64,000 nt of DNA from a virus. A model generated the notes under the pieces. It saw nothing but the letters and a program-made list of their open reading frames with translations. It was not told where the DNA came from and did not search any database. The stretch covers positions 32,001 through 96,000 of IMG/VR virus record IMGVR_UViG_3300031576_000007; one strand, given 5' to 3'. A program made the translations under genes and the position numbers. Below, piece after piece: positions 37,301-46,720 of this stretch (the stretch's first letter is position 1; the number at the start of each line of letters is the position of its first letter).

Positions 37301-38376
37301 TCTCGCATACGAACATTTGGGTCAATGCCAAAAGTATTAATATTTGATACAGTCCTAGTATCAGTTATAGTACCAACATTTGGAGAGGTAAAAGTAAAGT
37401 CTGCAACTCGTAGAAATCTTTGGCCTTGTGGTATACTATTGCTGTCAGTAACATAGTGGTCTCGTTTAATAAGCCTAAAGGGAACCCCTAGAGTTATTAC
37501 TGGAAGATTTGCTCTCGGATCTACAGATGCAACTTTTACTTCTCTATCTATCCTCATTTGAACGTGGTTACCACCATCGCTAGTGCTTATGCTTGTTATA
37601 ACAAATATATTTCCATCTGAGTCTACAAGTTTTCCAAATACATAATCTGCTGAGTCATTCGCAAATGGTAGTTTAAAAGATAAGTTGTTGAATACTACCG
37701 TGCGGTCAGCTCCATTTATATCTGGAGTAACATCCGTAGCACTCTGTATATCCCCACTTCCAATTGAAGGAGTAATAATAATTTCATTTACTAAGTTATT
37801 TATACCAGCTAAAGGGAATGTAGGAGAAGAGGTTAGATCAACTGTTTCAATAACATGAACTTTATAAATTAATCGAAGTTTATGCTCAGTGCCTTCACCT
37901 ACGTTTACTCCTTCAAGAAACGGATCTACAGCTCCTGATGATCCTGCTTCTCTCACTAGTTCTTCTTCAGCTTCTATAACAACAGAATAGTTATCATTAG
38001 CGACTGAGGGTGGAAATATTAATTTTTTTCCTCCGGAATCAATAGTAGTAGAAGAGAGATCAAACTGAGAGGTATCAGTGTTTGTTGGAACTATACCAAC
38101 AACAACCAGAGGATCTGTACCAGATTTAAGTATGAATGGTACTCCGTCAAGCCACGCTTCTCCTGGCCTTAAAACAATAGAATTAGATGAGGGTTTTTCA
38201 ACTTTCCATGCTGGTCCTACACATATATCTCCATATGTATTCTTTATATACTCTCGGAGTTGCTCGAATGATTCCAACTGGAGATCAGTTGCTTCAGCAG
38301 CAAGTAGGTATTTACCTTCTCTAAATTTACTCCTATAATATCTAAGAGATCTAAACGTATTTGTAGGTAGAGCCAT
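34351..38376 (-). CDS. Large baseplate-attached fibre / receptor-binding protein with two LamG/ConA-like domains
   Basis: N-terminal KFREGKYLLAAEATDLQ (DUF4815-like); FHQYELVK...QWYVDG and FYSLKLRK...LLVDN; HDHDG; beta-rich tip. Confidence 0.65.
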   Translation of the reverse strand: MALPTNTFRSLRYYRSKFREGKYLLAAEATDLQLESFEQLREYIKNTYGDICVGPAWKVEKPSSNSIVLRPGEAWLDGVPFILKSGTDPLVVVGIVPTNTDTSQFDLSSTTIDSGGKKLIFPPSVANDNYSVVIEAEEELVREAGSSGAVDPFLEGVNVGEGTEHKLRLIYKVHVIETVDLTSSPTFPLAGINNLVNEIIITPSIGSGDIQSATDVTPDINGADRTVVFNNLSFKLPFANDSADYVFGKLVDSDGNIFVITSISTSDGGNHVQMRIDREVKVASVDPRANLPVITLGVPFRLIKRDHYVTDSNSIPQGQRFLRVADFTFTSPNVGTITDTRTVSNINTFGIDPNVRMREGGLVSWSTTSNQLTNNSDFVISVPGLAGKARIAPGVITLTNEGDVAYFLLNRSAISDYFVVPTVVTKTSVPSNVDVYIMAERGSQRVHFPHNGSIGDSETGFLGGFGSELAKDLSRDNLTDMLTEVEMDEVFAETFDVDDDVDFVKTQSLTFEPFNKLFRATSNARFVDFFGNTVPESDPINPWTKIGTQTSSSSAGIVTLIDSSGGDLIRYERTESSLTPLTHSHHKFRARLTAGSGTYPFIYELHDGVGGKRFGLVIDTTSVKLVDGGVSTLQSFLLDTTIFHQYELVKIGNTTIQWYVDGVLRGSFPYEDIVTGSGGVSRVSWGTNGSETATVDVDYIIFNIYTSIFYSKDLFRKGSVFYEADALPDVATPVWVKTDGGGGITEVITDGNLVITDNISTNRIFYKRDDAFVRHGDAEVEIRIKVASVGIVALDRLGVRFEDGSKEIAIYLRDVAGQLKVGLFNAASGTNVGPLHNLDYDKFYSLKLRKVKDENVQLLVDNVLLEMHTYDEFTDLSLDTRVLFGSFLTTSQYVATIDFVQYALPGFGELAGTPVRDFLSVVNTNDPSPIAWVSSDNGKTWFKTDDRDAISVSDTQLTGANLFIQIGLSQINSELTDYGVYYNKTGFETDGPFRYTVLTAIGGQTVFELPFVYTTGVNELIVTYKPVAGDSRELFVGDDYIENDSNHITTNFALSAGDKLKFRVIFVTSPIVVPTGGVFIGHDHDGSGGESDVLNPSEVNTTGDINVGGDLNVTGFINGTSPLKLDSLDDGVTVGSGLLNAGTLPLTLQTLLGANPAFRLVRGAHQWDFTGNSGGEVEFLYNGTPRFRVSSLGLTNFLGGSIQGIGAIDSASANIILAAASSHITGSSSGSFSSGGTGVVTNLSVNITTHGRPVVVFLRPGNSGASQGYVSASGAGTRLRFRRDAGTSMGVFTMVAPTAFPCSIFKEFDVPPAGNHTYDFNIETNSGTVFVENCRLTVYEI

Positions 38377-38388
38377 TCTATTCTCCTA

Positions 38389-40455
38389 TTATGAACTTGT
38401 GAATTGAAACCCGACCCTCGCAAAAGAAGGAGCGAATTCAGTCATTAATGTTAAAAGTTTTTGGAATCGTATGGTATTAAATGGTGACAGGATTGCGTAA
38501 TCACCTATTGGATCTAAATCTTTAACTACACCCTGTACAGTAACAGTTGTAGGAGTATTTGAAATAATAGGGAATATATCATTAACTTGTCCTTGTTTTG
38601 CCAATAAAAAGTTTCCTATTAAATTATTAGTTCCGCCAAAGTTAGCCGCTGTATCAGTCATCTTTGTCTTATTATCCCCGGTAATCTCTATATTGGAACT
38701 TTCCCCAGTCCATAAAGCTACATCTTTTACTTCAACAACAAATTCTCTAAAATTAAAGAATCCTGGAATAATTATTCCTGGTAAAGTAGTGAAAAATCTT
38801 CCAGCATCAACTAAAGCTGTTTTTTTAAATACATTACCATTTTTGGAAGTATTTATAATCAGCCCCATATCCAATTCTATTTGATCTAAGGTATTATCTA
38901 CACTTATCACATCAAAAAAGTTACCAACCCCATCAACAAAAGTATCACCTGATCCAACTAGGGCTAAATCTACAGCTCCTATATACTGTATTATACCAGT
39001 CCCTGGAGTGTAAGAGTAAGCTGTAAATGGTGGACTTGCATCCCCGTTCGGGTCGTTAACAAAAGAAGGCTCAAAACCAAATAATCTTAGATTGCTACTG
39101 CCGAGAGTTCCAGAAAAGAATCTTAGCGCTCCGATATTAGGTACATCATCAGTAACTTCAGAAGCATCTTTTGTCCCATTAGTTACATCCCAAGTCGTTA
39201 TTATTCTTATAAAATCTACTATGCCCCTTTTTGAGCCTTTTAATTTCCATGTTGGTAAAAGATCAGATACGATTCGCCTCATGTGATCAACGCCTAATAT
39301 ATAATCTGCCTGACTAATCCCCATTTGTAGAGAGAAAGAAGGCAGAATAGTATTAAGCATTTTATCTGAATTTGTTAGATCAAAAGTGTTTACAAAGCTA
39401 TAAATTTCATTCATCCCAAACCCAAACACTTGCATTATATCATGAAAATCTCCGGTTGTATCACACTGCTTGAATACATTTGGCCACAGTTCTAGTAAGA
39501 TATCGCCAAATTCTCTGTTCATCGTAGATAGAGCAGCTTGTTGAGTTGAACTCATATCTGAGAAGACAGCAAAAGAGGTTTCAGCTGCATTACCCCCAAT
39601 TCTATGAGTAAAGGTTGTATAATAGTAGAATTGTTCACCCTCTAAACCAGTTCCTATTTTAGTATTGGCCTCTTGTTTAGTTAAAAAAGTGTCAATAAAA
39701 GAGAATTGGCCCTTAATTGTTTCAGATGGGCTAATAAAATCTTCAAATTCTTGAAGTATTGAGTAAGCCCCAACAACAGGAGTCCCCGATACAGTAAGCA
39801 TATCTGTGCTGTTGTTTCTTACCACAAATCTACTACCTGCAAAATCTACTAATATCCTGTCTCTTAGGGAACCTGGAATAAATGTCTTGGAAGTATCCCT
39901 TAAGAACCCAGAATTTGCTGATGTAGCAGTTCCTGTTATAACTTCTCCATTTGAGTTAGGGAAATCTTCAAGAACAACATATTGCCCTGAAGCAGGAGTA
40001 CCGCTAACAAATATTTCTGTACTAGTGTTGCTTATTATTCTAAAATTATGACTTGTAGAATCTCTAAGTATCCTCCCAGTTAGTGGTCCATATGGCGCAA
40101 TAGTAGGGTAAGAAGCTGCCCCATCAGTTAATTTTCCTGTAGCCCCAACCCCGTTATTTCCTAGAATCTGTTTGGCTCTATATATCTCAATCTGAACTGG
40201 ATCAGTAAATCCTGAAGTATTTACTTTTGACGCGTAGATAGGATCATCATTGTATAGTTCCATCGGAAATGAATCTTTACGTCTACAAACTATAAGTTCC
40301 ATTGAAGAGTCAAAATTAGCTGGTTTCTTGAAAGTCAGAGATACCTCATTAGGATTAGAGTTTCTTGCTCTAAATTCTCTAATCAATCCTAAGTCAGTGG
40401 ATACTCCACCTCCCCACGGCCCAGTACCGAAAGGTCCTATTCCCCAACTAGACAT
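38389..40455 (-). CDS. Baseplate wedge protein (P2 gpI / T4 gp7-like)
   Basis: LLELWP...D..GD, ILPSFSLQMG, MRRIV...WKLKGSKRGI, C-terminal EFAPSF. Confidence 0.7.
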   Translation of the reverse strand: MSSWGIGPFGTGPWGGGVSTDLGLIREFRARNSNPNEVSLTFKKPANFDSSMELIVCRRKDSFPMELYNDDPIYASKVNTSGFTDPVQIEIYRAKQILGNNGVGATGKLTDGAASYPTIAPYGPLTGRILRDSTSHNFRIISNTSTEIFVSGTPASGQYVVLEDFPNSNGEVITGTATSANSGFLRDTSKTFIPGSLRDRILVDFAGSRFVVRNNSTDMLTVSGTPVVGAYSILQEFEDFISPSETIKGQFSFIDTFLTKQEANTKIGTGLEGEQFYYYTTFTHRIGGNAAETSFAVFSDMSSTQQAALSTMNREFGDILLELWPNVFKQCDTTGDFHDIMQVFGFGMNEIYSFVNTFDLTNSDKMLNTILPSFSLQMGISQADYILGVDHMRRIVSDLLPTWKLKGSKRGIVDFIRIITTWDVTNGTKDASEVTDDVPNIGALRFFSGTLGSSNLRLFGFEPSFVNDPNGDASPPFTAYSYTPGTGIIQYIGAVDLALVGSGDTFVDGVGNFFDVISVDNTLDQIELDMGLIINTSKNGNVFKKTALVDAGRFFTTLPGIIIPGFFNFREFVVEVKDVALWTGESSNIEITGDNKTKMTDTAANFGGTNNLIGNFLLAKQGQVNDIFPIISNTPTTVTVQGVVKDLDPIGDYAILSPFNTIRFQKLLTLMTEFAPSFARVGFQFTSS

Positions 40456-40549
40456 TTATTCTACTCCTTAAGAAGGAACCACAGGAATCCTAAATTCCAT
40501 ATTCAAAAAATCACCGAATGGCGAATCTATACTTAGCCCACGAAACATT

Positions 40550-41047
40550 TTAATTGATCTCAATTTGAAAAGTTAAGCGAATACGCCGATTGATGTCGGC
40601 TTGATCCCCACCTTTTAAAGAGATAATGCCGTATCTTTCATCCCAAGAATATACAATAACCGTAGTGCTTGCGGGCACCAACTCTATCATTGGCTGATAA
40701 TTTACTCCGCCGGTTTTTGTAATAATACCACCACACATTTGAGGACTATCAGCTTGATTAGTCCCTATTGTATTATCAAGTGCAATGTTTATTACCCCCG
40801 TTCCAGCTCCTTCTGCGCCACCGTCCACGCTTAGAAAGATATCATAAAACACGATTTTTCCGACGGTAATTTTACGTCCTATATTATTGGTATAAATAGG
40901 AACAGTATTCCCTGCACCTCCGACAAGAGTGACAGTTGGAACAAAAGATCCCCAAACGAAACTACCACCGCCCCCCGATCCAGCGGGTACAGAGCCACTT
41001 TCATTTGCTGCTCTATTAGTTGTTACATTATATGTAGTATCACTCAT
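40550..41047 (-). CDS. Tail-fibre tip-like beta-sandwich protein
   Basis: WGSFVPTVT...GRKITVGKIVFY...IRLTFQIEI. Confidence 0.55.
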   Translation of the reverse strand: MSDTTYNVTTNRAANESGSVPAGSGGGGSFVWGSFVPTVTLVGGAGNTVPIYTNNIGRKITVGKIVFYDIFLSVDGGAEGAGTGVINIALDNTIGTNQADSPQMCGGIITKTGGVNYQPMIELVPASTTVIVYSWDERYGIISLKGGDQADINRRIRLTFQIEIN

Positions 41048-41065
41048 TTAAATTACTCCTTAAAA

Positions 41066-41383
41066 TTAACGGCTGAACCAACTAACCCCGTCACTATACA
41101 ATCTTAAAATTCCATAATTTGCTATTATTTGAACCGAGGAAACTCCATCTATTGTACCAGTTTCTGGCTGAACTATAATAGGAGTAGTTAAACTTGCTCC
41201 TCCTGATTCATCTTTTATTTCAATTCTTTTTGCATCAAACTTATCAGCGTCTGCTAAAGTTATGGTCCTTGTTATTGCTGTATTAGTAACAGCTATAATA
41301 GACTCACCTTGAGTTGTATAATTCACTGCTGTAGCAGTTCTTTTTACTATCTCGGGTAGACGACCTGTAAATATTATTCCCAT
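41066..41383 (-). CDS. Stand-alone tail-fibre domain paralogous to the C-terminus of 41393-43189
   Basis: IKDESGGA...TIDG...ANYGILRLYSDGVSWFS. Confidence 0.65.
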   Translation of the reverse strand: MGIIFTGRLPEIVKRTATAVNYTTQGESIIAVTNTAITRTITLADADKFDAKRIEIKDESGGASLTTPIIVQPETGTIDGVSSVQIIANYGILRLYSDGVSWFSR

Positions 41384-41392
41384 GATATCTCC

Positions 41393-43189
41393 TTAAAAAC
41401 TGAACCAGTTTCCATTACGGAAATATATTCTTAGAACTCCGTAGTTGGCAGTAATTGTTACAGAAGCAGTTCCATCAATAGTAGAAGAACCTTCAGTATC
41501 AACTGTAATATTATTTGTACCGGCGGCTCCTGATTCATCTTTAACAATAACTACCCTACCACCTACTTCATCATCTTGGTCTAAAGTAACAGTTCTTGGC
41601 GAGGAAGTATCTGTTACCCCTATAATGGTTTCTCCGTTACTATTTACACTTATTGCTGCCCCACTTGAACCTAATCCTATCCCGCCATTTTTTGCTAAAT
41701 GAAATTTTTCAATACTAGAATTCTTTAGAGAAAGAAGCTTAGCTCCAGCAGTAGATAGGTTATTCTGTGTATCGAACTCAAAGGCTCTAGCGGTCGCTCC
41801 ATCAGATTCCGCTGATTTTATAATAAAAGGACTAGATCCGCCAGTTAATGTTCCAGAAATCAGTAGATCGCCCGTTTCACTTAATGACATTACAGTTACA
41901 TCAATACCATTTCTCCATACGAAGAAGGCTGATTCATCATTATCAGCATCAATCTGAAATAGAAGATCACTATTACTTTTTATTCTCCCGCCGGACGGGA
42001 TTAATAAATCTCCTTGAAAAGAGAAACCGCCAGTTATTGACAGGTCTCCCGATTCATTAAGAGACATCACAGTAGCACTAAGCCCATCTTGCCATATGAA
42101 CGAGGCCACCTCGTCATTGTCAGAGTCTACTCTAAATACTAAATTACTAAAACTTTGTATAGTTCCAGTAATTGTCATATTTCCAGCAACATCAAGCGCT
42201 TCTGTGGCAGATCCTACTGCTCCTACTTTAACATTTCCTATAGCGTTAAGATTACCGGATTCGTCCAGCATCATAACAGCAATAAGAGCCCCATTTAACC
42301 ATGAAAATACGTGACTACCATTGTTATCTGCGTCAATCTGGAAACTCATTCCAGTATTACTTATTAAAGAAGTTACTGTTTGTAAATCTAAATTTCCTTG
42401 TATAGTTACATTACCATCTTTGTCAACAGAGAACTTTTCAACACCGTTATTTTGTATAGATAAAAGTTTAGCACCAGCAATAGATAAGGTAGCTGCGGTA
42501 TCAATAATGGTGCCTATAGCACTAGCTCCGTCACCTTCTTGTGATTCTATAACAAATGAAGACGAAGTGAGGTTCTTATAAGAGCCAAATACTGTAAAAT
42601 CTCCAGAGCAAGCCCTAGTCCCATCCACTAGAAGATATTGTGTGTGGTCATCATCAAGTAAGCCAGACAAAGAACCGTGATCTGTTGTGCCAGCACTTAT
42701 GAAAGATGACCCATTATCTACTTTAAGTTGCAAAGAAGTGGTGTTAAAAATTAATCTACCTTGATTCCCTGCAACTGGGTCTAGTGCAACATTTTCTACT
42801 CTAATATTCAGTAGTTGAAAATTGCTTACTGACCAGTTTCCAGTTAAAGATCGTGCTCCTGATGCTAAAAGATATTGTGTGTGGTCATCATCAAGTAGTC
42901 CTGTTAAGGCTCCATGATCAGTAACCCCGCCCCCGCTTATATTAATATTGTTACCAACTTGACTGAGAACGATAGACCCACTTCCGGTAAGAGTAACGTC
43001 ACCAGTTAGTTGTGTATCTCCAAATTTTGAAATAGAGGTAACTACTCCTGAGACAATCTGAGATTCTAGAGCTGTAACTCTAGTGTCTAAATTGTTAATA
43101 GCAAATTCTAATTCATCCCATACCTGTTCTATTTCATTGAACCATGGATCAAGAAATTGAGGTGGTCTAGTTATTACGAGTAAAGGCAT
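41393..43189 (-). CDS. Tail fibre / spike protein with internal repeats
   Basis: 2x DHGxLxGLLDDDHTQYLL, 3x FxxDxDNx...W, 2x AGAKLLS..N...EKF. Confidence 0.65.
   Translation of the reverse strand: MPLLVITRPPQFLDPWFNEIEQVWDELEFAINNLDTRVTALESQIVSGVVTSISKFGDTQLTGDVTLTGSGSIVLSQVGNNINISGGGVTDHGALTGLLDDDHTQYLLASGARSLTGNWSVSNFQLLNIRVENVALDPVAGNQGRLIFNTTSLQLKVDNGSSFISAGTTDHGSLSGLLDDDHTQYLLVDGTRACSGDFTVFGSYKNLTSSSFVIESQEGDGASAIGTIIDTAATLSIAGAKLLSIQNNGVEKFSVDKDGNVTIQGNLDLQTVTSLISNTGMSFQIDADNNGSHVFSWLNGALIAVMMLDESGNLNAIGNVKVGAVGSATEALDVAGNMTITGTIQSFSNLVFRVDSDNDEVASFIWQDGLSATVMSLNESGDLSITGGFSFQGDLLIPSGGRIKSNSDLLFQIDADNDESAFFVWRNGIDVTVMSLSETGDLLISGTLTGGSSPFIIKSAESDGATARAFEFDTQNNLSTAGAKLLSLKNSSIEKFHLAKNGGIGLGSSGAAISVNSNGETIIGVTDTSSPRTVTLDQDDEVGGRVVIVKDESGAAGTNNITVDTEGSSTIDGTASVTITANYGVLRIYFRNGNWFSF
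42632..42897. repeat. Exact 29-bp direct repeat (42632-42660 and 42869-42897)
   Basis: AAGATATTGTGTGTGGTCATCATCAAGTA occurs twice. Confidence 0.85.
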
Positions 43190-43190
43190 T

Positions 43191-46100
43191 TTACGTCACT
43201 CCCCCACGAAAATCAAGTTCAATGTCATTTTCTACCATTTCTGGAATTTCACTATTCCTTAGATTTACGATATCATCAACAAAACCAGAGGTTCTAAATT
43301 CAAAATGATCCACAATTGTCCCATCAGATGAGATTCCTAAATCGTTAACACTATCCCCTGGTCCAGGTATTACTGGAGTTGGCACACTATGTCCTTGTCC
43401 TATACCACCTGACATACCAGCAAAAGTTATTCCTGAAATATTAACAGTGTCTATTATCGACTGATTTCCTATTGATCCTATATTATCATTTTGTAGAAAT
43501 ACTACTTCATCAGATCCGAACAGCCCAGTACCATCTGAAGCTGATATTGCTAATAGTGGTGCTCCATTTATAGCGCCTATTATTGCTGATTTTATTGCAG
43601 CAGCATTATCTCCGTTAGTATAAGGAATTGCGATATTACCAAATGCAACCCCCCCAACTTTATCAAATTCAAAAGTAACAGCTGGATTTGTACCATCATT
43701 TAATGTAAATTGTTTTCCATCAGCTATATCACTACCTGTAATTGATGTATTTATAGCTATAGCCCCAATTGCTTGAAATCCTAACCCGCCAGCTCTATTA
43801 GCTAACCCAACTACGAAACTTACTTCATTATTATCACTATAGTATCTAGGAGCTATAGATGCTGGCTTTCCACTAGATGTTGGGCCTAATGGAAGACCTA
43901 CTGCTGGGGCTGGAGTTTGTGTAGCATCATGTAATATTACAACAGTTTTGGATAAGTTGTTTACTGAGATTATTTCAAATGTTCTTAAATTAGAATCTAT
44001 CAGCGTATATCTACTAGAAGGACCACCTGTTATAGAACTCAAATCAGGGTTCCCTGCGCAATGCACAGCTCCAAAACCAATACTTGGGGTATTTGATATA
44101 AATTGGTCAAGTGTAAGAGGTATTCCAAAATTTCCTATATTATCCTGTGGATCTGATAGTTGGAATTCATCCCCTATTGTCCCTACCAAGTTAAAAGCTG
44201 AATTAACTCTAAAAATTGAGTTGTGAGTATTGTACTCAATCCCAGCAAATATAAGACTATGAAAGATAAGATTCTGACCTATTAAACTTTTTACAATTTT
44301 GTATTCTCCACTTGCAACATCAGAAACAATAGTGTTATTAACAGCAAATGCTGACAACAATATAGAGTGTGAGTCATTGTCATCAATAGACCACACGTTA
44401 CCGGCGGCATCTACTAATAGGTGCGTATCTCGCTTAAGAAAAGCTGCTCCATTAACTAATGCATTAGGATAGCCGTTTGATACAACAAATGTATCTGAGT
44501 CTACGATAGACACAATTCTCGCCGTATTAGCTCCTTGTATTATTCTATCTCCAATTTTAGGGATAAAAGTGGGGACTGTATGATCAAAGGTATTCCCTGA
44601 CAGATTACTTAGAGTAATCGAGGAGGACCCCCCTACAAATTCATCTATTAAGAAAGTTTTACTAATATCAAATACAATATTAGAACTACCATCAGTATTT
44701 ACTCCCGTGGTAGTACTTTCAACTACAGAAAAGTTTATTGAATCATCTGTCAGACTTCCTTCACTCAAATTACTAACTCTTCCTGAGATCTTTTTGAATA
44801 CAGTGAAAGAATTAAAGTTTGGTGAATCCGCATTTTCATTTGGTCCTATTAGCCATTCAGCTGAGTTACTATTAGGGAATAGCTCTATTTCAGAAAACAG
44901 GTAATTAGCTCCAATAGCTGCACTTTGTTCAACTCTAGGATCATAATGTAATTTTGTAATTTCAAATCTTTCAATGCCCTCAACTGTTCCTACAACATTG
45001 TATAGGTCTATAAGTCGTATTACCTGGGCGAACTTAGTTCCTGATTCATCAACGTCTCCAGAACTAAAATTAAAGAAGTTAAGAAGTGATGTAGTTATAT
45101 TAGATTCAACTAAAGATCTGGATGCTCCTGATGATAGGAATATAGTAGCTTTAAAGAATATATCCATCCCAAATGCATCTTTAATTTTGAATGTAGTAGT
45201 TACGGGCTTTCGTTCATCAATAAAATCAGACACAGCATTGAAAAGAGGGAGATTATCTGTTATTTTAGTTATAGAATTCCCAGCAGGAACCACAAAAATA
45301 TCTATATCTATACCAGCATCACTTAAGTTCTGAGCAGCTGAAGCTTTTGAAACATTATTAAAATTAGTTAAAATAATATCTGCATAATCCTGAACTGTTA
45401 CTGCTCTTTCTAAAGTTCTAAGAGATGCGGGTACTAGCTCTCTTAATTGGGTGATGGAGGGCTCATCTGCACCACCACTAAATGCTGATTCATTTGTAAC
45501 AGCATTTATAAAAGTTGATTGGTCTAATAAAGTAGTTAAGGTATTAGCAGGTATGTTACCAGCGGAACCACCTCCAGTTCTATAATTGGTGACAATAGAA
45601 TCGTTAGGTGAAAGTTGTTTCCCGAACACGCCGTCACCAAATCTGAGAATTGCTCTGCCTTCAGAATCAATAAGGACACGAAAGTGTTTATCTGTGGGTA
45701 AACTTCTTATAAATGTATCAACTAATTCATATGTATCGCCGTTAACTGTAACGCCGGGGGATATTAATGACGAGATAGGATTAGTAGTATCTATCACCAA
45801 TCCTGTTACCCCTAGAGTTATTTCTTCATTTTGTACTCCTCTAGCTATGAAACTCTCTTGTCTTTGTGCGCCCTGAATTACTGGAAGTATGACTTCAAGA
45901 GTTGTTGACCCCGGAGCTGGAGAACTACTAGATGTAAAAAACTCTTGCCCATTTTCTGAGGATACCCTGAATCCTATTGGTACTGTACCTGGTGTGCTCA
46001 ACATAAATGTAGCAACCTCTGACGAGGAAGATGCGGTTGAGACTACAAATCCAAATTGTTTTGCTATATCTAGAATATTCTTTCTGATGGTAGCTGTTTC

Positions 46101-46325
46101 AATATTACTTTGAGTTGCTTGAACATCAAGGTAATAAAAGATGAGATCGCCAACGTATGCAACTAATTCTAACCACGTTCTGCTAAAATCATCAGCATTA
46201 AAATCCGTCCATTGTCTATTCGCAACCGTATCAGGCCCAAAATTTACTGTAGCAAAAGATATAAGAGCATCAACGATGGAATCGAAATCGCGCGAAACGT
46301 AGTCTATACTTCTGTTATTGGCCAC
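43191..46325 (-). CDS. Baseplate wedge protein (baseplate J / T4 gp6-like)
   Basis: IDYVSRDFDSI, LELVAYVGD, LRFGDGVFGK, YRTGGGSAGN, GGADEP, RAVTVQDY. Confidence 0.9.
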   Translation of the reverse strand: MANNRSIDYVSRDFDSIVDALISFATVNFGPDTVANRQWTDFNADDFSRTWLELVAYVGDLIFYYLDVQATQSNIETATIRKNILDIAKQFGFVVSTASSSSEVATFMLSTPGTVPIGFRVSSENGQEFFTSSSSPAPGSTTLEVILPVIQGAQRQESFIARGVQNEEITLGVTGLVIDTTNPISSLISPGVTVNGDTYELVDTFIRSLPTDKHFRVLIDSEGRAILRFGDGVFGKQLSPNDSIVTNYRTGGGSAGNIPANTLTTLLDQSTFINAVTNESAFSGGADEPSITQLRELVPASLRTLERAVTVQDYADIILTNFNNVSKASAAQNLSDAGIDIDIFVVPAGNSITKITDNLPLFNAVSDFIDERKPVTTTFKIKDAFGMDIFFKATIFLSSGASRSLVESNITTSLLNFFNFSSGDVDESGTKFAQVIRLIDLYNVVGTVEGIERFEITKLHYDPRVEQSAAIGANYLFSEIELFPNSNSAEWLIGPNENADSPNFNSFTVFKKISGRVSNLSEGSLTDDSINFSVVESTTTGVNTDGSSNIVFDISKTFLIDEFVGGSSSITLSNLSGNTFDHTVPTFIPKIGDRIIQGANTARIVSIVDSDTFVVSNGYPNALVNGAAFLKRDTHLLVDAAGNVWSIDDNDSHSILLSAFAVNNTIVSDVASGEYKIVKSLIGQNLIFHSLIFAGIEYNTHNSIFRVNSAFNLVGTIGDEFQLSDPQDNIGNFGIPLTLDQFISNTPSIGFGAVHCAGNPDLSSITGGPSSRYTLIDSNLRTFEIISVNNLSKTVVILHDATQTPAPAVGLPLGPTSSGKPASIAPRYYSDNNEVSFVVGLANRAGGLGFQAIGAIAINTSITGSDIADGKQFTLNDGTNPAVTFEFDKVGGVAFGNIAIPYTNGDNAAAIKSAIIGAINGAPLLAISASDGTGLFGSDEVVFLQNDNIGSIGNQSIIDTVNISGITFAGMSGGIGQGHSVPTPVIPGPGDSVNDLGISSDGTIVDHFEFRTSGFVDDIVNLRNSEIPEMVENDIELDFRGGVT

Positions 46326-46333
46326 AATTCTCC

Positions 46334-46720
46334 TTATCTAGTGCTTATCTGTGAAGAAGGTTTAAAAGGAAATACTAGATTGGCTTCCACATTAGCTTCT
46401 TTTATTAAAAATCTTATATTAAAAAGAATCATTCCCTCTGATCGTCGTACTACTGGGGCAACTTCTATTAACGTAACACGAGGCTCAAATCTTCGTATTG
46501 AAGTAGCTATATCAGATGATCCTCTTTCGGCAACTACATCTAAATTTTCCCATATCTGAGTCCCAAGACCACTTCCAAAGGTTGGCCTCATAACTCTTTC
46601 TCCAAAGTTAGTAAGTAGTAAAAGTTGAATACATTCAATAACTTTATCCACCCCATCTTCGGGTAAAAACTTATTTTTTATCGGAAATTTTAGTCCTTTT
46701 CCTAAGAATGGTGTAGCCAT
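46334..46720 (-). CDS. Baseplate gp25/GPW-like protein
   Basis: FLGKGLKFP, LLTNFGERVMRPTFGS, FEPRV, NLVFPF. Confidence 0.92.
   Translation of the reverse strand: MATPFLGKGLKFPIKNKFLPEDGVDKVIECIQLLLLTNFGERVMRPTFGSGLGTQIWENLDVVAERGSSDIATSIRRFEPRVTLIEVAPVVRRSEGMILFNIRFLIKEANVEANLVFPFKPSSQISTR

Noticed and set aside
41066-41600. Diversity-generating retroelement TR/VR pair
   Set aside because: The paralogous segments differ at all base types and both are coding; no reverse transcriptase in the window
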